This document shows positions 60,367 to 64,000 of a stretch of DNA of 64,000 nt, piece by piece. Every line of letters begins with the position of its first letter. Position 1 is the stretch's first letter. The DNA is from an uncultured delta proteobacterium. Lineage in GTDB: Bacteria > Desulfobacterota > Binatia > Binatales > Binataceae. The notes under the pieces are model-generated. The model did no database searches. It was given only the letters and a program-made list of their open reading frames with translations, and was not told the origin of the DNA. The position numbers and the translations under genes were made by a program. The DNA lies in assembly GCA_963724765.1 (NCBI GenBank), contig CAVRVY010000003.1:768001-832000 (forward strand). Direction: 5' to 3'.

Positions 60367-60611
60367 GTAACGTACCGCATACTGCGGGAATAACCAGTGA
60401 CGGAGAAATGAGTAATGAGCAATACCGACGGTCAGCATAGACCTTCAACAATCGGACCGCAACATAACTCAGGCCAGCGGCAAGTACCCAAAGACCCGCG
60501 ATCGAGCGGTCACGACCTGGGCAGAAGCATTGTCCCGCCGAGCAGACGTGACGGAGACATCGACACGACTTCAGGCGCCGCGGGCGACGACGACTGTCCG
60601 TAGGTTCAACC

Positions 60612-60785
60612 GTGGATATCAAAATCGCAGGCAAGGTCTTCAATTGGGAGCGCGAGCTATCGACGCCCGCCGCGAGGCGCAAGACGCTCGCCGACCCGGC
60701 CAACGAGCAGTTGATTCGACAAATTCAAGCTGATCCGAAGCGGTTTGGGCTTGAGGCTGCCGACGTGGAAGGGATCGTGCGCTAG
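60612..60785 (+). CDS. Small hypothetical protein (57 aa)
   Basis: Hand translation VDIKIAGKVFNWERELSTPAARRKTLADPANEQLIRQIQADPKRFG... Confidence 0.4.
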   Translation: MDIKIAGKVFNWERELSTPAARRKTLADPANEQLIRQIQADPKRFGLEAADVEGIVR

Positions 60786-60851
60786 TCGACCGGGGAATAC
60801 GACGGCGCGACCGCCCAAGAGCTGCGCGAGAATTTCGCGTCAGAGGAAAAC

Positions 60852-61310
60852 ATGAACGACAAACAAATGACCGAGCTGCAAAACCTTTACGCCAGCAGCG
60901 AATACAGACGCGCCTCGAATATCATGCGCACGGACCGCGCGAAGCTGAACGACCCCGCAAATCGTGCCGAGCGCCTGGCGTGGAACCGCGCGCAGGAGCT
61001 CGAGGCGGCCATGAAGGCGGAGCAGCCTGCCCGCCAAGATCGCGACTATGCGGGCAACCCGAAATCACCGGGCGGCGTGATGAAGCCGACCGATCGCTAC
61101 GTCCCGACCACGATCAGCGAGCTGGCGAAGCTGCCGCCCGTCGAGCAGGCCAACAAAGCCCGGGAACTGCGCGCCAGCATCCGCGACAACAAGGCGCATC
61201 CGTACTGGAACGAGCACCACGAAGGCCACAAGCAGGCGGTCGAGGAAATGGCGCTGCTCTACAAGGCCGAGCAGCTAACGGACGGTACGCCGACGCTCGG
61301 CGAGGAATAA
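60852..61310 (+). CDS. Hypothetical helical protein with a phage scaffold-like C-terminal motif
   Basis: GAGG RBS; HPYWNEHHEGHKQAVEEMALLY. Confidence 0.65.
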   Translation: MNDKQMTELQNLYASSEYRRASNIMRTDRAKLNDPANRAERLAWNRAQELEAAMKAEQPARQDRDYAGNPKSPGGVMKPTDRYVPTTISELAKLPPVEQANKARELRASIRDNKAHPYWNEHHEGHKQAVEEMALLYKAEQLTDGTPTLGEE

Positions 61311-61333
61311 TCAGTCAAGGAGAGAATGAGCAA

Positions 61334-61618
61334 ATGGATACTCGCAACCGACAAGATGATCAGCCTTCCAGCCGTGGCCCGGACCGCCAGCAAGGCAGCC
61401 CAAGCGGCGCGCACCATCCGAGTGATCTTCGGCGCAGAGAGCATCAGGCGCAGCCCGACGACGTGCATCATCATGCCGCGCCGGAGAGCCGCGAAGACCT
61501 GGCCCGACGCGTTGATCGCGAGCATCAGGAACGTCTCGCCCACCATCACGGCGGACACGCCGATGAGCATGCGAAGTCCGGTGGCGACGATGGCCGACCG
61601 TTCGCCGGCAAGCGCTGA
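61334..61618 (+). CDS. His/Arg/Asp-rich low-complexity hypothetical protein
   Basis: MDTRNRQDDQPSS...HHHGGHADEH; GGAG upstream. Confidence 0.45.
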   Translation: MDTRNRQDDQPSSRGPDRQQGSPSGAHHPSDLRRREHQAQPDDVHHHAAPESREDLARRVDREHQERLAHHHGGHADEHAKSGGDDGRPFAGKR

Positions 61619-61987
61619 CACCGGAGCGCGCGACACGTCGGCGCCGCGGAAGCTGAATCGCGAGGACCTGATTACCCTGGCGCCTTCGATTCGTCGATCT
61701 TCGCGATCAGACGGTCGAGCACCGCGTGCGGATCGAAGCCCGGGCGCAACAGCATCACGCTCGGATGGCGCATGCGACGTGACCGCTGCGATTCCTTGTG
61801 CAGCTTTCGGAGTACGCGCTCTTCGCGCGGCTCAATGACAATCGCTATATCGAACATCGCCCCTCCCCCTGCTCCCGGACAGGCGACGAATATAGCTTAG
61901 CAGCTTTAGTCTGCGGGAGACTGTAGACAAGACATGTCCACAGCTTATCCGCCGATCACCACACAAACGCCCCCGTGACCCGTACGG

Positions 61988-62158
61988 TCAGCGCGGCCTC
62001 TTAGCTGGGCGCTTCGGTAGCGAGGCAAGCTGCGCGCGCACTAGCCTGCTAACGAAATAGGAAAGACTCCGATCTTCCTTTGTGGCTGCGGCCTCAAGCG
62101 CGCGCCACTCCGCGTCCGTAAGAACCAGCCTAACCGTCCGTCGAGTATCAGCCGCCAT
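61988..62158 (-). CDS. Ribbon-helix-helix (CopG/Arc-like) regulator, 56 aa
   Basis: MAADTRRTVRLVLTDAEWRALEAAATKEDRSLSYFVSRLVRAQL; below the ORF-track cutoff. Confidence 0.75.
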   Translation of the reverse strand: MAADTRRTVRLVLTDAEWRALEAAATKEDRSLSYFVSRLVRAQLASLPKRPAKRPR

Positions 62159-62170
62159 CTCCACACCCTC

Positions 62171-62216
62171 ACTATAGCCTACTTGACACTATGTGTCACT
62201 ATATGTCACTGTGTGC
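62171..62216. promoter_or_regulatory. Divergent promoter/operator with three 10-bp direct repeats
   Basis: cactatgtgt/cactatatgt/cactgtgtgc; palindrome tgacac-tat-gtgtca; plus-strand TTGACA; minus-strand GTGACA-N17-TATAGT. Confidence 0.7.
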
Positions 62217-62330
62217 CCCGCACCGCCTCCATCAAGAGGCTGACTGACACATTGTGGGATTCGTAACCGCGCTGATGCAACATCGGCGCCCGCGCATCCG
62301 GTGCGCGTTGTCCACAGGGAGGACTAAAAA

Positions 62331-62789
62331 ATGATGGACCGCGAAAACGAAACGCCCGAGACGGCAGAGGAGCCCCGAGAGCCCGGAGTGATTGAATCGG
62401 CCCTGGGCGCCGAGATTGAGGCAGGGCTTGCCCGGCTGGGTGTCACACGCGAGGAACTGAAGGCCGAAGAGAAAATCTATCCCGACGCGGACGATGACGA
62501 CGCCTACGGCCCCTTCCCGCTGTCTGTGGCCTTCCGTGCCCGTGCCATCGAGATTCTGGAGGCTCTGATAATAGACGGCATGGACACTTGCATTGAACAG
62601 AACGACATATGGATCGCCGAACTCTGACACGTGTTGCCGGGAACCGCTGGCAAGCCGTCGCCGGCCCTCGTGCAGCAACTCAAGAAAGCCAAGGAGAAAG
62701 CCGACAAAGAGTTGGAAGCCGTCTGCGCGGAGGCTTTCGAGGAGGGGAGACGTTGCCGTCTGGCCTTGGAGGACGGCGGCCATGAATAG
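62331..62789 (+). pseudogene. Hypothetical gene with an internal TGA (62625-62627); paralogue of the next gene
   Basis: Frame stays open after the TGA to TAG at 62787; aligns with 62782-63135. Confidence 0.7.
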
Positions 62790-63135
62790 CAAACCCGACA
62801 CTGCAACCGGGGTGGTGCTCGCGTTCTTCGATGCCGAGCTCGCGGCAGGTTGCACGCGGCTCAACATCCGGTCGCGCAAGGACCTGCTCATCGAGGCCGA
62901 ATGCTACCCCTCGACCGAGGACGAGCCCGGCGCCTATGAGTTCACGCCCTGGCCGTGCTTCGCGCGGGCGCGCGCGGTCGAGCTATTGGTCTATCTCGCC
63001 TTTTTCTTAAAGAATGGCGTGCGCGAAGACCTTGAAGCGGTCGATATGTGCATCGCGGAATTGCGCAAGGTCCTGAAGACCGCAGCTACCGAACTACCGG
63101 GGCTGCTCACGCTGAGGCTGAAGCGGGCTGCCTGA
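62782..63135 (+). CDS. Hypothetical protein (tandem paralogue)
   Basis: GGAGG RBS; MNSKPD...RARAVELL...IAELRKVL. Confidence 0.7.
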   Translation: MNSKPDTATGVVLAFFDAELAAGCTRLNIRSRKDLLIEAECYPSTEDEPGAYEFTPWPCFARARAVELLVYLAFFLKNGVREDLEAVDMCIAELRKVLKTAATELPGLLTLRLKRAA

Positions 63136-63204
63136 CCCGGCAGTCGAGACTCGAGACCGCGGGGCGGCCCGGTTCGTCGGAGGCTGGGCCCCCCAGGGGG
63201 AACC

Positions 63205-63549
63205 ATGACCAAAACAGAGATGCCCAGCCTCGACGAGATTGCAGCGGATCCGGCGCGCGCGGCCGGCTTGAGCCAGCCGATCCGCCTCCAGTTGATAGCT
63301 CGTTGCGCGACAATCGTGCTCGCCCTCGCCAAGACCCAAGACCGCGAACGGGCTAACGATAACGACGTCGCCAGCGACCGCCTTCTCACGGCCGAAGAAT
63401 TGGCGACGCTGATGCAGGTCAAAGTGAGCTGGGTTCACGCCGATGGGCACAAGCTGCCCTTCGCGGTGCGGCTGCTCGGTCAGCGAAAGGTCAAGCGCTA
63501 CTCGTACGCTGGTTTTGAGAAGTACATCCGCGCGAGGCAGGGGCGATGA
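63205..63549 (+). CDS. AlpA/excisionase-like HTH protein
   Basis: DRLLTAEELATLMQVKVSWVH...LPFAVRL...RYS..GFEKYI. Confidence 0.78.
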   Translation: MTKTEMPSLDEIAADPARAAGLSQPIRLQLIARCATIVLALAKTQDRERANDNDVASDRLLTAEELATLMQVKVSWVHADGHKLPFAVRLLGQRKVKRYSYAGFEKYIRARQGR

Positions 63550-63661
63550 TCGAATCGCGCGGGACCGCTCGGGGCAACCTGGGCGTCCCTTTCTCTATCC
63601 GCGATGGCGCGAGATGATGATGGACGAAAGCTTAGGTCAGTCGAGATAGGGAGGTAGTCGA

Positions 63662-63884
63662 ATGGCACTAGATGATAAGGCGCGCGATATTAGAGATTAT
63701 TATGCGAACCTTCGACCAAGTAGAATCCGACCTGGGGCGCGCCCGCGAGCGTGGCGAGATGGACGAAAAGGAATATGCCCTTTCGCTCGCGACGCTTATA
63801 AAAGAGCGCATGGAAAAGTTGTGCGATGAAGTTCCCGGATTTCGGGAAGAGCTCGACTGCCTGCTTGCGATGAAACGTAACTAG
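63662..63884 (+). CDS. Hypothetical protein, possibly frameshifted near 63708
   Basis: GGAGGT RBS fits ATG 63662 (MALDDKARDIRDYYAN), while the protein-like continuation is in the 63672 frame. Confidence 0.4.
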
Positions 63885-64000
63885 CAGCCGAATCACAGGT
63901 TTAGGGCGTGGCCGCGGAGATCCAGATCATCACCTGCGGGTATTCGGCACAATGCTCCGTCCGCGGCTGCCGCGCTCGAGCTACTATGCTCGCCAGGTAC

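Larger units (their letters stand above)
52396..64000. mobile_element. tRNA-Lys-integrated phage-satellite-like or defective prophage element (continues past the window)
   Basis: att fragment plus AlpA/Xis-like HTHs, primase-helicase, SSB, RHH and many small phage-like ORFs; no integrase or structural operon within the window. Confidence 0.8.

Noticed and set aside
61921-62316. DnaA-box-like motifs (ATGTCCACA, TTATCCGCC, TTGTCCACA) as an origin
   Set aside because: Few, degenerate and dispersed, with no clear unwinding element
62625-62627. Selenocysteine TGA
   Set aside because: The aligned residue in the paralogue is Arg, not Cys, so a nonsense mutation is simpler

Overview
GC-rich bacterial chromosome segment. 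The gene repertoire (DUF1329, several LLM monooxygenases and family III CoA-transferases, alpha2-type GlyRS) suggests a Candidatus Binatota-like lineage; this is inference only. 1-16.6 kb is mostly housekeeping (priA, def-fmt-rsmB-rpe-tRNA-Pro-plsY, glnB, glyQS, ppdK). 16.8-50.6 kb is accessory metabolism: a Rieske dioxygenase, CoA-transferases, a triple-RidA protein, a MaoC pair, an ECF sigma/anti-sigma cluster, glgX, LLM/ALDH/FAH genes and a large secreted TMEM2/CEMIP-like G8 protein. From a displaced 3' half of tRNA-Lys(CTT) at 52.4 kb to the window end lies an integrated, partly decayed phage-satellite-like element. It carries a DnaN clamp, a frameshifted NrS-1-like primase-helicase, an SSB, two AlpA/Xis-like paralogues, an RHH switch, TerS-like and scaffold-like ORFs and a J-domain-like ORF. 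Next to the att site sits a lower-GC thymidylate-kinase-like/NUDIX fusion, the best candidate here for an undescribed anti-phage system. Several small ORFs, pseudogenes, hairpin clusters and tandem repeats missed by the ORF track were read by hand. All family calls come from motif recognition, not database searches.
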